64,000 bases of DNA. Source: an uncultured candidatus Porisulfidus sp. Its GTDB lineage: Bacteria > Pseudomonadota > Gammaproteobacteria > Poriferisulfidales > Poriferisulfidaceae. The translations under genes were made by a program, and so were the position numbers. Numbering within the stretch: the stretch's first letter is position 1; each line of letters starts with the position of its first letter. The notes under the pieces are model-generated. The model made no database searches. It was not told the DNA's origin and saw only the letters and a program-made list of their open reading frames with translations. The DNA is taken from contig CBDASZ010000001.1 in assembly GCA_965199755.1 (NCBI GenBank), positions 448,001 through 512,000 on the forward strand, in the 5' to 3' direction. Of this stretch, positions 19,342-29,250 are shown one piece after another.

Positions 19342-20684
19342 TGCGCCTGGCCGAACTGGCGCAATGGGCCGGAGGTGAATTGCGCGGCGCTGACGCGCCG
19401 GTCACCGGGGTGTCGATTGATTCGCGCGAACTCGGCGCTGGCGAGGTGTTTGTCGCCTTGCTGGGTGAACATGTAGACGGCCATGAGTTCGTGGCCAACT
19501 GCGCAGAGGCGGCCGCGGTGGTGGTGCAGCGCGAGGTGGACGCGCCGTGCGCGCAGATTCAAGTTGAGGACACAGAGGTGGCGCTGCAGTGCATGGCGCA
19601 GCAGTGGCGACGCCAGCATAAGGTGGCTATGACCGCGATCACTGGCAGCAACGGCAAGACGACGACGCGCGAGATGACTGAGGCGATTCTGTCGCAGCAG
19701 GCCCCGACGCTGGCCACACAGGGCAACTACAACAATCATCTGGGCGTCCCGTTGACGCTGTTGCGCATGCACGCCCAACACCGCTACGCGGTGATCGAGA
19801 TGGGAGCCAATCACGCCGGCGAGATCGAGATGCTGACGCGCCTCGCTGAGCCGCAGGTCGCGACCATCACCTGTGTCGCCGAAGCGCATCTGGAAGGGTT
19901 TGGCAGTCTGGAAGGGGTGGCGGAAGCGAAAGGCGAGATTTATCGCAACCTGCCGGAGCACGGCGTGGCAATTCTGAATGCGGAGGAACCGTTCGCGCCG
20001 CGCTGGCGCGCGCAACTGCAGGTCTCCGATGTGGTCACCTTCTCGGCCGATCCAACCATCGACGCGGATGTCACCGCCCGGCTGGCTGGGCGCGGTGCGC
20101 TGGAGTTGCGCCATGGTGCGCGCGAGTGGACGGTGGACTGGTCGATGGACGGTGTGCACAACGCGCGCAATGCGGCTTGTGCGGTGGCGCAGGCACTGGC
20201 CTTGCACGTGGATATTGATGCGGCAGTCGAAGCGCTGTCCGGGTTTGAGTTGTCAGTTGGTGGGCGTCTATGCGAGCTGCCAGGGTGCAATGGCGCGCAG
20301 TTGATTGACGACAGTTACAACGCCAACCCCGGATCATTTCGCGCGGCCATTGATGTGCTGGTCACGCGCGCCGAGGATCCGTGGCTGGTCATGGGGGAAA
20401 TGGCGGAACTCGGATCTCATGCGCAGCACGGTCACGAAGAGGTGGCGCGTTACGCGCGCGACGCCGGTGTGCGGCGGCTGTATGCGCTGGGTCGTTTCGC
20501 AGAGGATTGCGCGCGCGTCTTTGGCGCTGGAGCGCAGGCGTGTGAAGACCTGTCGCGTCTGGCCGAGATGCTGCGCGCCGACATGCACCCGCAATGCGCG
20601 GTGCTGATCAAGGCGTCGCGGTCCGCGCGTCTGGAACGTTTGGTGGCGCAGTTGCTGCCGGAGGAGGTGAGTCATGCTGCTTGA
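19332..20684 (+). CDS. murF: UDP-MurNAc-tripeptide--D-Ala-D-Ala ligase MurF
   Basis: ITGSNGKTTT, GNYNNHLGVP, IEMGANH, DDSYNANP, GEMAELG. Confidence 0.96.
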   Translation: MRMMRLAELAQWAGGELRGADAPVTGVSIDSRELGAGEVFVALLGEHVDGHEFVANCAEAAAVVVQREVDAPCAQIQVEDTEVALQCMAQQWRRQHKVAMTAITGSNGKTTTREMTEAILSQQAPTLATQGNYNNHLGVPLTLLRMHAQHRYAVIEMGANHAGEIEMLTRLAEPQVATITCVAEAHLEGFGSLEGVAEAKGEIYRNLPEHGVAILNAEEPFAPRWRAQLQVSDVVTFSADPTIDADVTARLAGRGALELRHGAREWTVDWSMDGVHNARNAACAVAQALALHVDIDAAVEALSGFELSVGGRLCELPGCNGAQLIDDSYNANPGSFRAAIDVLVTRAEDPWLVMGEMAELGSHAQHGHEEVARYARDAGVRRLYALGRFAEDCARVFGAGAQACEDLSRLAEMLRADMHPQCAVLIKASRSARLERLVAQLLPEEVSHAA

Positions 20685-21750
20685 TTTATTTGCCTGGCTG
20701 GAGAGTGTGGATCAGGGCTTCGCCGTGTTCCAGTATCTGACGGTACGTGCCATCTTCGCGCTGTTGACGGCGCTGTTGATCGCGCTGTTAATCGGGCCGT
20801 GGGTCATTCGCCGCCTGCAACTTGGCAACTTCGGTGAGACCGTGCGCGATGACGGCCCGGAATCGCATCAGGCCAAGACTGGCACGCCAACCATGGGTGG
20901 TGTACTGATTCTGCTGGCGCTGCTCGGCTCGGTGATGCTGTGGGGTTCCTGGGACAGCCGGCATCTGGCCGTGCTGTTTGTCATCACCGTGCTGTACGCG
21001 CTGATTGGCTTGTTCGATGATTGGCAGAAATTGCGCCGTGGCAAAGGCATCTCGGCGCGGCTGAAGTTCTCACTGCAAGTGCTGTTTGGAGTCATGGTCG
21101 GCTGGTTTTTGTTCGCCAGCGCGACCGAACCGGTGGAGACGCAGTTTCTGTTCCCGGTGATCAAGGAGTGGCAGTTCGCGTTGGGCCTGTGGTTGATTCC
21201 GCTGACCGCCTTCATGCTGACGCTAATGAGCAACGCGGTCAATCTGACCGACGGACTCGACGGATTGGCGATCATGCCGACCGTCATGGTGGCGGCCGGC
21301 CTTGGCGTGTTTGCCTACACCACCGGCCATGTGGAGTTCGCGCAGTACCTGGGCATCGCGCATGTGCCGATGGCAGGCGAGATGGTCATCTATTGCGCCG
21401 CGTTGGTCGGTGCGGGGCTGGGCTTTCTGTGGTTCAACACCTATCCGGCGCAAGTCTTCATGGGCGATATGGGCGCGCTCGCGCTCGGCGCGGCGCTCGG
21501 CGCGCTGGCGGTCATGCTGCGCCAGGAAATTGTGCTTCTGATTATGGCCGGTGTGATGATGATGGAGACGCTCTCGGTCGTGCTGCAAGTGGTGTCGTTT
21601 CGTCTGACCGGGCGGCGCATTTTCGCGATGGCACCGCTGCACCATCACTTTGAGTTGCGCGGCTGGCCGGAGCCCCGTATCGCCGTTCGATTCTGGATTA
21701 TCACGCTGGTGCTGGTACTGGCGGGACTGGCCACACTGAAGTTGCGATGA
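20674..21750 (+). CDS. mraY: Phospho-MurNAc-pentapeptide transferase
   Basis: KTGTPTMGG, NAVNLTDGLDGLA, FMGDMG, MAPLHHHFE. Confidence 0.98.
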   Translation: MLLDLFAWLESVDQGFAVFQYLTVRAIFALLTALLIALLIGPWVIRRLQLGNFGETVRDDGPESHQAKTGTPTMGGVLILLALLGSVMLWGSWDSRHLAVLFVITVLYALIGLFDDWQKLRRGKGISARLKFSLQVLFGVMVGWFLFASATEPVETQFLFPVIKEWQFALGLWLIPLTAFMLTLMSNAVNLTDGLDGLAIMPTVMVAAGLGVFAYTTGHVEFAQYLGIAHVPMAGEMVIYCAALVGAGLGFLWFNTYPAQVFMGDMGALALGAALGALAVMLRQEIVLLIMAGVMMMETLSVVLQVVSFRLTGRRIFAMAPLHHHFELRGWPEPRIAVRFWIITLVLVLAGLATLKLR

Positions 21751-21760
21751 AGGAGGCGTG

Positions 21761-23107
21761 ATGCTTGCAACCATGAGTGATACCCGAACGATGGTGATGG
21801 GGCTGGGCGCGACCGGATTGTCGGTGGCGCGCTATCTGCACTGCCGCAATGAAGCTTTCACGGTATGGGACCAAGATCCAAAAGCCGAGGCGGCGGCGGC
21901 ATTGCGTGAAGCCTGCCCGGAGTCGCTGTTGATTCACGGCGAGCCGGATCGGCAGGCCTTCGAACAAGTCGACACGGTGATCGTCAGTCCGGGCGTTCCA
22001 CTTGATCATCCGGCCTTGTGCGCTGCGCGCGACGCCGGCGCGCAGATCTACGGCGACGTCGAGTTGTTCGCGCATGAAGCGGATGCGCCGGTGCTGGGAA
22101 TTACCGGCAGTAACGGCAAGACCACGGTGACCTTGATGCTCGCGGCGTTACTTGAAGAAGCCGGAATCGCGGTGCGCTGCGGCGGCAATCTGGGCATCCC
22201 TGCGCTGTCTTTGCTGGAGCCGCAACCGCCGGACGTATACGTGCTGGAGTTGTCCAGCTTTCAACTGGAAGCCACCGAGACGCTAGCCTGCGAGGCGGCT
22301 TGTTTGCTCAACCTCAGCCCGGACCATCTGGACCGGCATGGTTCCTTCGCGGCTTATCGCGAAGTCAAGCATCGTCTGTATCGCAATGCCACGGTGGCTA
22401 TCTACAACCGGGATGATCCGGACACGCGCCCAGGACTGACCGACGGGCGCATGCGGAGTTTCGGTACCGACGCGCCGGTGCGCGGAGATGATTTTGGTAT
22501 TCGCCAGCATGACGGTCTGGTATGGCTGAGTCAGGGACGACACCTGCTGCTGCCGTGCAAGGAACTGTCGCTGCCCGGCCAGCACAACTGTGTCAATGCG
22601 CTGGCCGCATTGGCGCTGGCGGATGCGCATGGTGTAATGCTTGATGCCGTCGTGGATGTACTGCGGCACTTCCAAGGTCCTCCTCATCGCTTGCAAAAAG
22701 TGGCGACAGTCGGCGGCATCGACTTTTACAACGACTCTAAGGCGACCAACCTTGACTCCATGCAGGTCGCCTTGCGCGCCTTCACGCAGCCCTGCGTGCT
22801 GATTGCAGGCGGGCAGGCCAAGCAGGATGATTTCTCGCGCATGGCCTCACTGGTGCAGACCAAAGCCCGAGCCGTGCTTTTGATTGGGGATGCGGCGGAG
22901 ACGATGGCGCAGATGTGGGGTGACGTGGCAACGGTGGAGGTGCAGGGTGACATGGAATCAGCCGTGCGTCGCGCACAGGAATTGGCGCAAGAGGGGGATT
23001 GCGTGCTGTTATCGACGGGTTGCGCGAGCTTCGATCAGTATGAGAACTTTGAGGCGCGCGGGGAACACTTCATCGAATGCGTGCGCGCGCTGGAGGACGA
23101 AGCATGA
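21761..23107 (+). CDS. murD: UDP-MurNAc-L-Ala--D-Glu ligase MurD
   Basis: GLGATGLS, ITGSNGKTTV, ELSSFQLE, DHLDRH, NDSKATN. Confidence 0.96.
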   Translation: MLATMSDTRTMVMGLGATGLSVARYLHCRNEAFTVWDQDPKAEAAAALREACPESLLIHGEPDRQAFEQVDTVIVSPGVPLDHPALCAARDAGAQIYGDVELFAHEADAPVLGITGSNGKTTVTLMLAALLEEAGIAVRCGGNLGIPALSLLEPQPPDVYVLELSSFQLEATETLACEAACLLNLSPDHLDRHGSFAAYREVKHRLYRNATVAIYNRDDPDTRPGLTDGRMRSFGTDAPVRGDDFGIRQHDGLVWLSQGRHLLLPCKELSLPGQHNCVNALAALALADAHGVMLDAVVDVLRHFQGPPHRLQKVATVGGIDFYNDSKATNLDSMQVALRAFTQPCVLIAGGQAKQDDFSRMASLVQTKARAVLLIGDAAETMAQMWGDVATVEVQGDMESAVRRAQELAQEGDCVLLSTGCASFDQYENFEARGEHFIECVRALEDEA

Positions 23108-24261
23108 CTGAGCGGTTGCCGGCGCACGAATTGCGCATCGCCACGATTTTGCTGGTGTTGGGGCTGGTGGTGATGACCTCGGCCTCAATGGAGGTGGCGC
23201 AACGGGATTTTGGCAACGCCCTGTATTACTTGCAGCGTCAGGGCATGCTCGCGTTTGTCGGTCTGATAGGAGCGCTGGTGCTGGCCCAAATTCCATTGCG
23301 CTGGCACCAAAAACTGGCACCGCTGTACGCGCTCGGCGCGATCGCCTTACTGGTGGTGGTGCTGCTTCCCGGTATGGGCAATAACGTCAACAACAGTACC
23401 CGGTGGCTGCAGCTCGGACCGGTGCAGTTTCAGCCTTCGGAATTGATGAAGCCGCTGTTTATTTTGTGGCTGGCGTGCTGGCTGTCGCGCTGCGGCGAGG
23501 ACATGCGCAGCAATCCGCGCACCCTGATCGTGCCGCTGATCGTGTTGATGACGGTGTGCGCGCTGTTGCTTTTGGAGCCGGATTTCGGCACCGCCTGCGT
23601 GATCGCAGCGACTGCAATCGGCATGATTTTCCTGTGCGGCGGGCATTTGGGCGCGATTTTAAGCGTGGGTGCCTTCGGGATGGTCGGACTCGCCGGTCTG
23701 GTCATTGCTGCGCCGTATCGCATGCTGCGCCTGAAGACCTTTTTGGACCCGTGGGCCGATCCGTTTGATACCGGCTATCAGATTACCCAGTCGCTGATCG
23801 CGATTGGCAGCGGCGGCTTCTGGGGTCTGGGCCTTGGCAGCGGCGTACAGAAACATTTCTACTTGCCGGAAGTGCACACCGACTTTGTGTTTGCGGTCGC
23901 GGTTGAAGAACTTGGGTTGCTGGGGGCGATGCTCATCATCGGTCTGTTCGTGTTGCTGATTCTGATGGCCTTTCGGATCGCGCGCAGCGCTCAGGACAGC
24001 GACAATGTGATGGGTGCGGCGCTGGCCTACGGCATTGGCGTGTGGATTGGCTTGCAGGCGCTGGTGAATGTGGCGGTGAATCTCGGCGCAGTGCCGACCA
24101 AAGGATTGACGCTGCCGTTGATGAGCGCGGGTGGCAGTTCGCTGATCGCCACCATGCTCGGACTGGCCTTGCTGTGGCGAGTGCGACACGAATTGAACGC
24201 GCAGGTATCAGGCAAGAAGGCACCGAGCCAGCCCTCGAAGTGGAGCAGACGTCGTGCGTGA
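23104..24261 (+). CDS. ftsW: SEDS peptidoglycan glycosyltransferase FtsW
   Basis: QFQPSELMK, LEPDFGT, GYQITQS, YLPEVHTDF, PTKGLTLP. Confidence 0.96.
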   Translation: MTERLPAHELRIATILLVLGLVVMTSASMEVAQRDFGNALYYLQRQGMLAFVGLIGALVLAQIPLRWHQKLAPLYALGAIALLVVVLLPGMGNNVNNSTRWLQLGPVQFQPSELMKPLFILWLACWLSRCGEDMRSNPRTLIVPLIVLMTVCALLLLEPDFGTACVIAATAIGMIFLCGGHLGAILSVGAFGMVGLAGLVIAAPYRMLRLKTFLDPWADPFDTGYQITQSLIAIGSGGFWGLGLGSGVQKHFYLPEVHTDFVFAVAVEELGLLGAMLIIGLFVLLILMAFRIARSAQDSDNVMGAALAYGIGVWIGLQALVNVAVNLGAVPTKGLTLPLMSAGGSSLIATMLGLALLWRVRHELNAQVSGKKAPSQPSKWSRRRA

Positions 24262-25321
24262 AGGTCCGGTGATGATTCTGGCCGGTGGGACCGGCGGGCA
24301 TGTGTTTCCGGCACTGGCGGTGGCGGAACAATTGCGTGCGCGAGAAGTGCCAGTGCTGTGGGTGGGAACGCGCCAAGGTCTGGAGGCGCGGGTCGTGCCG
24401 CCGGCAGGATTTCCGATTGAATGGGTGCGCCTGACGGCACCGAGTCGGCGCGGATGGCGCGGACTGGTGGGTGTCGCGCCTGCCGTTTTGCTGGCGGTAC
24501 TGCAGGGCATGCGTCTGCTGCGTCGCTATCGCCCGACAGTAGTGTTGGGAATGGGTGGCTATGCGTCCTCGGCGGTGGCGCTGGCGGCTGTGCTGTGGCG
24601 TATTCCGCTAGTAATCCACGAACAAAACGCGATTGCCGGAGTGACCAACCGCATTCTGGCGCGACTGGCGAAGCGGGTGCTACTGGGCTTCCCATACGCG
24701 CAAGGAATTAAGGGTGGCACGCATATGGGTAATCCGGTGCGCGCCGCATTGCAGCAGAATCCGCCCCCGGCGGCAGTCTTATCCGGGGAGTCCGCGCTGC
24801 GCCTGCTGATTATCGGCGGCAGTCAGGGCGCGGAGATTTTCAACGAAGTGGTGCCGCAGGCGATCGCCGCCTTGCCGGAGCAATATCGCCCGCAGATTTG
24901 GCATCAGACGGGCAGCGATCCACAGTCGGTCGCGGCACGCTACCCCAGTGAAGCGGCTCTGCGCGTGAGTCCGTTCATTGAGGCCATGGATGAGGCTTAT
25001 GCCTGGGCCGATCTGGTGCTGGCGCGTGCCGGTGCGATGACCATTGCGGAGCTGGCGGTGGTCGCGCGCGCGGCGGTGCTGGTGCCGTATCCGTACGCCG
25101 CGGACAACCATCAGATGGCCAATGCGCGCGGTTACGCCGAAACGGGTGCCGCTGAAGTCTGGGAGCAAAATCAATTTACACCGGCGCGGCTGGCGCAGCG
25201 CTTGCGTGAATTGGCGCAGGATCGTGCCGCCTTGCAGAAGATGACGCGGGCCGCCCGGAATCAGGCTCGGCCGCATGCCGCCGCGCAAGTCGCGGCGTGC
25301 TTGCTGGAGTTGCGGACATGA
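24254..25321 (+). CDS. murG: Lipid II GlcNAc transferase MurG
   Basis: AGGTGGHVFPALA, HEQNAIAG, GNPVR, GGSQGA, RAGAMTIAE. Confidence 0.97.
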   Translation: MREGPVMILAGGTGGHVFPALAVAEQLRAREVPVLWVGTRQGLEARVVPPAGFPIEWVRLTAPSRRGWRGLVGVAPAVLLAVLQGMRLLRRYRPTVVLGMGGYASSAVALAAVLWRIPLVIHEQNAIAGVTNRILARLAKRVLLGFPYAQGIKGGTHMGNPVRAALQQNPPPAAVLSGESALRLLIIGGSQGAEIFNEVVPQAIAALPEQYRPQIWHQTGSDPQSVAARYPSEAALRVSPFIEAMDEAYAWADLVLARAGAMTIAELAVVARAAVLVPYPYAADNHQMANARGYAETGAAEVWEQNQFTPARLAQRLRELAQDRAALQKMTRAARNQARPHAAAQVAACLLELRT

Positions 25322-26748
25322 CGCGCCAAGGCCGATTGCAGTTGCCGATGCGGCACATCCGTCGCGTGCATTTCGTCGGCATTGGCGGTGCTGGCATGAA
25401 CGGCATCGCGGAAGTTCTGTGCCAACTCGGTTACGCGGTTTCCGGCAGTGACTTGCGCGAAAGTGAACAAACCCGGCGCTTGCGAGAAATGGGCGCTGTA
25501 GTGCACATCGGTCATGATGCGCAGGCGGTAGAAGGCGCGGATGTGGTGGTGGTCTCAACCGCCATTCCGCAAGACAACCCTGAGCGTCAAGCGGCCATGG
25601 CGGCGCGCATCCCGATCATTGCACGCGCCGCCATGCTGGGTGAGTTGATGCGCTTCAGCTTCGGCATCGCCGTGGCCGGCACGCACGGCAAAACCACCAC
25701 CGCCAGTCTGGTCGCGCACTTGCTGGCTGAGGGCAGGCTGGACCCGAGTTCCATCATTGGCGGCAAGTTGCGCCACAGTGAGGCGCACGCGACTCTGGGC
25801 GAAGGCGATTGTCTGGTCTGCGAGGCGGACGAAAGCGATGCCTCTTTCCTGCATCTGAATCCGCTGATCGCGGTGCTCACCAACATTGATGACGATCATC
25901 TGGTTAATTACGGCAACGACATGGAGCAGTTGCTGGAGGGCTATCGAAACTTCCTGCAGAACCTGCCGTTTTACGGGCTGGCGGTGCTGTGCGCGGACGA
26001 TGCGCGTACCATGAAACTGGGCCGGGAACTGGAGCGGCAAGTGGTGTGCTACGGCATTGACGCACCGGACGCGGACATTGTCGCCACCGATGTGCATATC
26101 GGCCCCAACGGCTCCCGATTCCGGTTGTGCATCGCGGGCGAGGAGGATACGCAGGTGCACCTCAATTTGCCAGGCGAACACAACGTGCGCAATGCGCTGG
26201 CCGCAGTGGCGGTGGCACGCGATCGACAGGTGGAGAGAGACGTGATCGCGGCAGCCTTGTCGAGTTTCGGCGGTATCGCACGGCGGCTGGAGATGCACGG
26301 TGCCTTGCCGGGACTTGATGATGTGTTGTGGGTGGACGACTACGGGCATCACCCAAGCGAGATTACAGCGACGCTGGAGGCGCTGCGACGCATTTATCCT
26401 GAGCGGCGTCTGGTGTTGAGTTTTCAGCCCCATCGTTATACGCGTACGCGGGATTTGTTCGCGGATTTCGTGGTCGCTTTGCGTGGTGCGGACGAACTGG
26501 TGCTGCTGGAAGTCTATCCGGCGGATGAGAAGCCATTGGCGGGCGCCGACAGCGCGGCTTTGGCACAGGCGTTGCAGGAGCATGGCATGTCCGCGCGTCT
26601 GGCGCAAGGCCAGGAGCAGATGACCGCTGCCTTGCAACAGTGTTTGCGCGCCGGAGATGTCTTGTTGACCTTAGGTGCAGGCAGTATCGGACGCTGGGCC
26701 GCAGAGTTGCCGGGGCAGCTCGGCACATTGCAGGAGGCACCGGCATGA
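25318..26748 (+). CDS. murC: UDP-MurNAc--L-alanine ligase MurC
   Basis: HFVGIGGAGM, AGTHGKTTT, EADESDASF, DDYGHHP, FQPHRYTRT. Confidence 0.97.
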   Translation: MTRQGRLQLPMRHIRRVHFVGIGGAGMNGIAEVLCQLGYAVSGSDLRESEQTRRLREMGAVVHIGHDAQAVEGADVVVVSTAIPQDNPERQAAMAARIPIIARAAMLGELMRFSFGIAVAGTHGKTTTASLVAHLLAEGRLDPSSIIGGKLRHSEAHATLGEGDCLVCEADESDASFLHLNPLIAVLTNIDDDHLVNYGNDMEQLLEGYRNFLQNLPFYGLAVLCADDARTMKLGRELERQVVCYGIDAPDADIVATDVHIGPNGSRFRLCIAGEEDTQVHLNLPGEHNVRNALAAVAVARDRQVERDVIAAALSSFGGIARRLEMHGALPGLDDVLWVDDYGHHPSEITATLEALRRIYPERRLVLSFQPHRYTRTRDLFADFVVALRGADELVLLEVYPADEKPLAGADSAALAQALQEHGMSARLAQGQEQMTAALQQCLRAGDVLLTLGAGSIGRWAAELPGQLGTLQEAPA

Positions 26749-27626
26749 ATCTGCTCGATATTCAGGAGCGTTGCGACGTGCCGATGGCGAAATACACCAC
26801 TTGGCGCTGCGGCGGCATGGCGGATCGAATGTATGCGCCGGGCAGCGTGGAGGAATTGCAGGAATATCTGGCGACTCTGGATGCGGCGGTGCCGGTTACC
26901 TGGCTGGGACGCGGCAGCAACGTGCTGATCCGCGAAGGCGGCATGCGCGGTGTGGTCATTCAACTGGATGAGCCGATCTCCAACATCACGATCGATCCCC
27001 CGGAAGTGCGCGCCCAGGGTGGCGCGATGTGCGCGCGACTGGCGGTGGCGATGGCGGATGCGGGCTTGCACGGACTGGAATTTCTGACCGGCATACCGGG
27101 TTCTGTCGGCGGCGCACTGGCAATGAACGCAGGTGCCGCGGGTTGTGAGATATGGGATCGCGTCAGTTACATCGAGACACTGGACAGGCAAGGTGAGGTA
27201 CATCGCTTCAGCGCTGGCGATATTGACGTGGGCTACCGCACGGTCTGCTTACCGCCCGACCACGGAGTGCTGCTTGGGGTGTTTCATCTGCTTCGTGATG
27301 AGGCGGAAGATGCCGTATGGGATCGCGTCCGCGCGCTTATGAAGCGGCGGCGGGAGACGCAGCCAGTTGCGCAAGCCAGTGGCGGGTCGGTATTCCGCAA
27401 TCCGGATGGGCAGTATGCCGCGCAATTGATTGAAGCGGCGGGGCTGAAAAGGTATCGCATCGGTGGCGCGGAAGTCAGCGAAACGCACGCGAACTTTATT
27501 GTCAACAACGGCGCGGCGACCGCGCATGATATTGAATGCCTCATCGAGCATGTCCGCGACACGGTGGAGGCGCACAGCGGAGTGCGTCTTGAACTGGAAG
27601 TACGTATCTTGGGAGAGAAGCCATGA
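26745..27626 (+). CDS. murB: UDP-N-acetylmuramate dehydrogenase MurB
   Basis: LGRGSNVL, GIPGSVGGALAMNAGA, GSVFRNP, HANFIVN. Confidence 0.96.
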   Translation: MNLLDIQERCDVPMAKYTTWRCGGMADRMYAPGSVEELQEYLATLDAAVPVTWLGRGSNVLIREGGMRGVVIQLDEPISNITIDPPEVRAQGGAMCARLAVAMADAGLHGLEFLTGIPGSVGGALAMNAGAAGCEIWDRVSYIETLDRQGEVHRFSAGDIDVGYRTVCLPPDHGVLLGVFHLLRDEAEDAVWDRVRALMKRRRETQPVAQASGGSVFRNPDGQYAAQLIEAAGLKRYRIGGAEVSETHANFIVNNGAATAHDIECLIEHVRDTVEAHSGVRLELEVRILGEKP

Positions 27627-28549
27627 ATGATTACGGGCACGTGGGCGTACTGATGGGCGGCTGGTCCGAGGAGCGCGAAATCTCGCTGATCTCCGGGCAG
27701 AACGTGCTGGAAGCCCTGCGGACGCTTGAAGTGCAGGCGAGCGCGGTGGATCTGCAGCGCGAGATGCTGCCGGAACTGGGTGCTTTGGGTTTTGATCGTT
27801 ACTTTGTGGCGCTGCACGGCATTGGTGGAGAAGATGGCGAGGTGCAGCAGGTGCTCGAAGACCTGAATATGCCGTACACCGGCAGTGGGTCGCAGGCATC
27901 GCAGTGTTGCATGGATAAGATGGCGGCCAAGCAATGCTGGTGGCGCGAGGAATTACCGACGCCCAAGGCCATGCTGGCGGATGCGGACACGCTGGAGCGG
28001 CAGGCCGAAGAACTGGGCCTGCCGCTGGTGGTCAAGCCGGTCGATCAGGGTTCCAGCATTGGAGTGGAACTGGTGCGTGAGGCGCAGGAATTGTTTCCGG
28101 CGGTACAGGAGGCACGCCGTCACGGCAGTACGGTGATGCTGGAGCGCATGGCGCTAGGGACCGAATATACGGTGGGTATCCTGCAAGGCGAGGCGCTGCC
28201 TATGATTCGGTTGCGTCCCAGCGCGGAGTTCTTTGATTTCGCCTCCAAATACGAATCGGATCAGACCGGTTATGACATTCCATGCGGTCTGCCCAAGGCC
28301 ATGGAGCGTGAATTGCAGGACATAACCTGTCGCGCCTTTGTCGCAACCGGTGCCTGCGGCTACGGTCGGGTGGATCTGATTCTGGATGAGCTGGATCGGC
28401 CGTGGTTGTTGGAAATCAACACCGCACCCGGATTGCGCCGCCACGGACTGCTGGCGATGGCGGCCAGTGCCGTGGGCCTGAGTTATGAAGATTTGATTGT
28501 GCGCATGCTTGACACCAGTCTGGAGCCGCGCGGGGAGGGCGAATCCTGA
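27623..28549 (+). CDS. ddlB: D-alanine--D-alanine ligase
   Basis: GGWSEEREISL, ALHGIGGEDG, CMDK, KPVDQGSS, RVD, EINTAPG. Confidence 0.94.
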   Translation: MNDYGHVGVLMGGWSEEREISLISGQNVLEALRTLEVQASAVDLQREMLPELGALGFDRYFVALHGIGGEDGEVQQVLEDLNMPYTGSGSQASQCCMDKMAAKQCWWREELPTPKAMLADADTLERQAEELGLPLVVKPVDQGSSIGVELVREAQELFPAVQEARRHGSTVMLERMALGTEYTVGILQGEALPMIRLRPSAEFFDFASKYESDQTGYDIPCGLPKAMERELQDITCRAFVATGACGYGRVDLILDELDRPWLLEINTAPGLRRHGLLAMAASAVGLSYEDLIVRMLDTSLEPRGEGES

Positions 28550-29241
28550 TGGAATTCGGATCCTGGCGCTGGATCGTGGTCGCCGTGCTGTGCTTTGGGC
28601 TGGGGGTGGCGCTGACGATCTGGCTGCGCCTGCCGCAGAACCTGCCGATCCGTCACGTGTCACTGCATGGCGAGTTCCGCTATGCGGAGAAGGCGGCGCT
28701 GGAACAGATCATCGCCCAGACCATTGACGGCAATCTGGTCACGCAGGATCTGCTGCTGCTGGAGCAGCGGCTCGCGGAATATCCCTGGCTCAGCCATGCG
28801 CGTGTGCGTCGCGACTGGCCGGATACTCTGCAGGTGCATATCTACGAACAGCGCCCGGCCGCAAACTGGGAAGCTGGCGGCTTCCTGAACGCCGAAGGCG
28901 AGTTGTTCACGCCGCGCGAGATCGACAAACTGGACCTGCTGCGTCTGTCCGGTGAGCCGGGTCGCGGGCCGGCGTTAATGGAATTGTCGGCGAAAGTACG
29001 CCGCATGCTGGCACCGCACGGGCTGGAACTGGTGCGCCTGATCGAAAGTCGCCACCGCGTGGTGAGCCTGCAGGTGGAGCCGCAACTGGAACTGGTGCTT
29101 GGGCGCACGCGCCCGTTGCAGCAACTGGCGCGCTGGCTGCGCTATCGCGGCGCTTACGAGCAGCACAGCGTGCGTCCAGCGGCTGTGATTGATTTGCGCT
29201 ATCCCAATGGTTTTGCGGTTCGTCCCGCCACACGTTCCTAG
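28549..29241 (+). CDS. ftsQ: Cell division protein FtsQ
   Basis: N-terminal TM, POTRA (PWLSHARVRRDWPDTL), C-terminal IDLRYPNGFAV. Confidence 0.93.
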   Translation: MEFGSWRWIVVAVLCFGLGVALTIWLRLPQNLPIRHVSLHGEFRYAEKAALEQIIAQTIDGNLVTQDLLLLEQRLAEYPWLSHARVRRDWPDTLQVHIYEQRPAANWEAGGFLNAEGELFTPREIDKLDLLRLSGEPGRGPALMELSAKVRRMLAPHGLELVRLIESRHRVVSLQVEPQLELVLGRTRPLQQLARWLRYRGAYEQHSVRPAAVIDLRYPNGFAVRPATRS

Positions 29242-29250
29242 GAGACTGGC

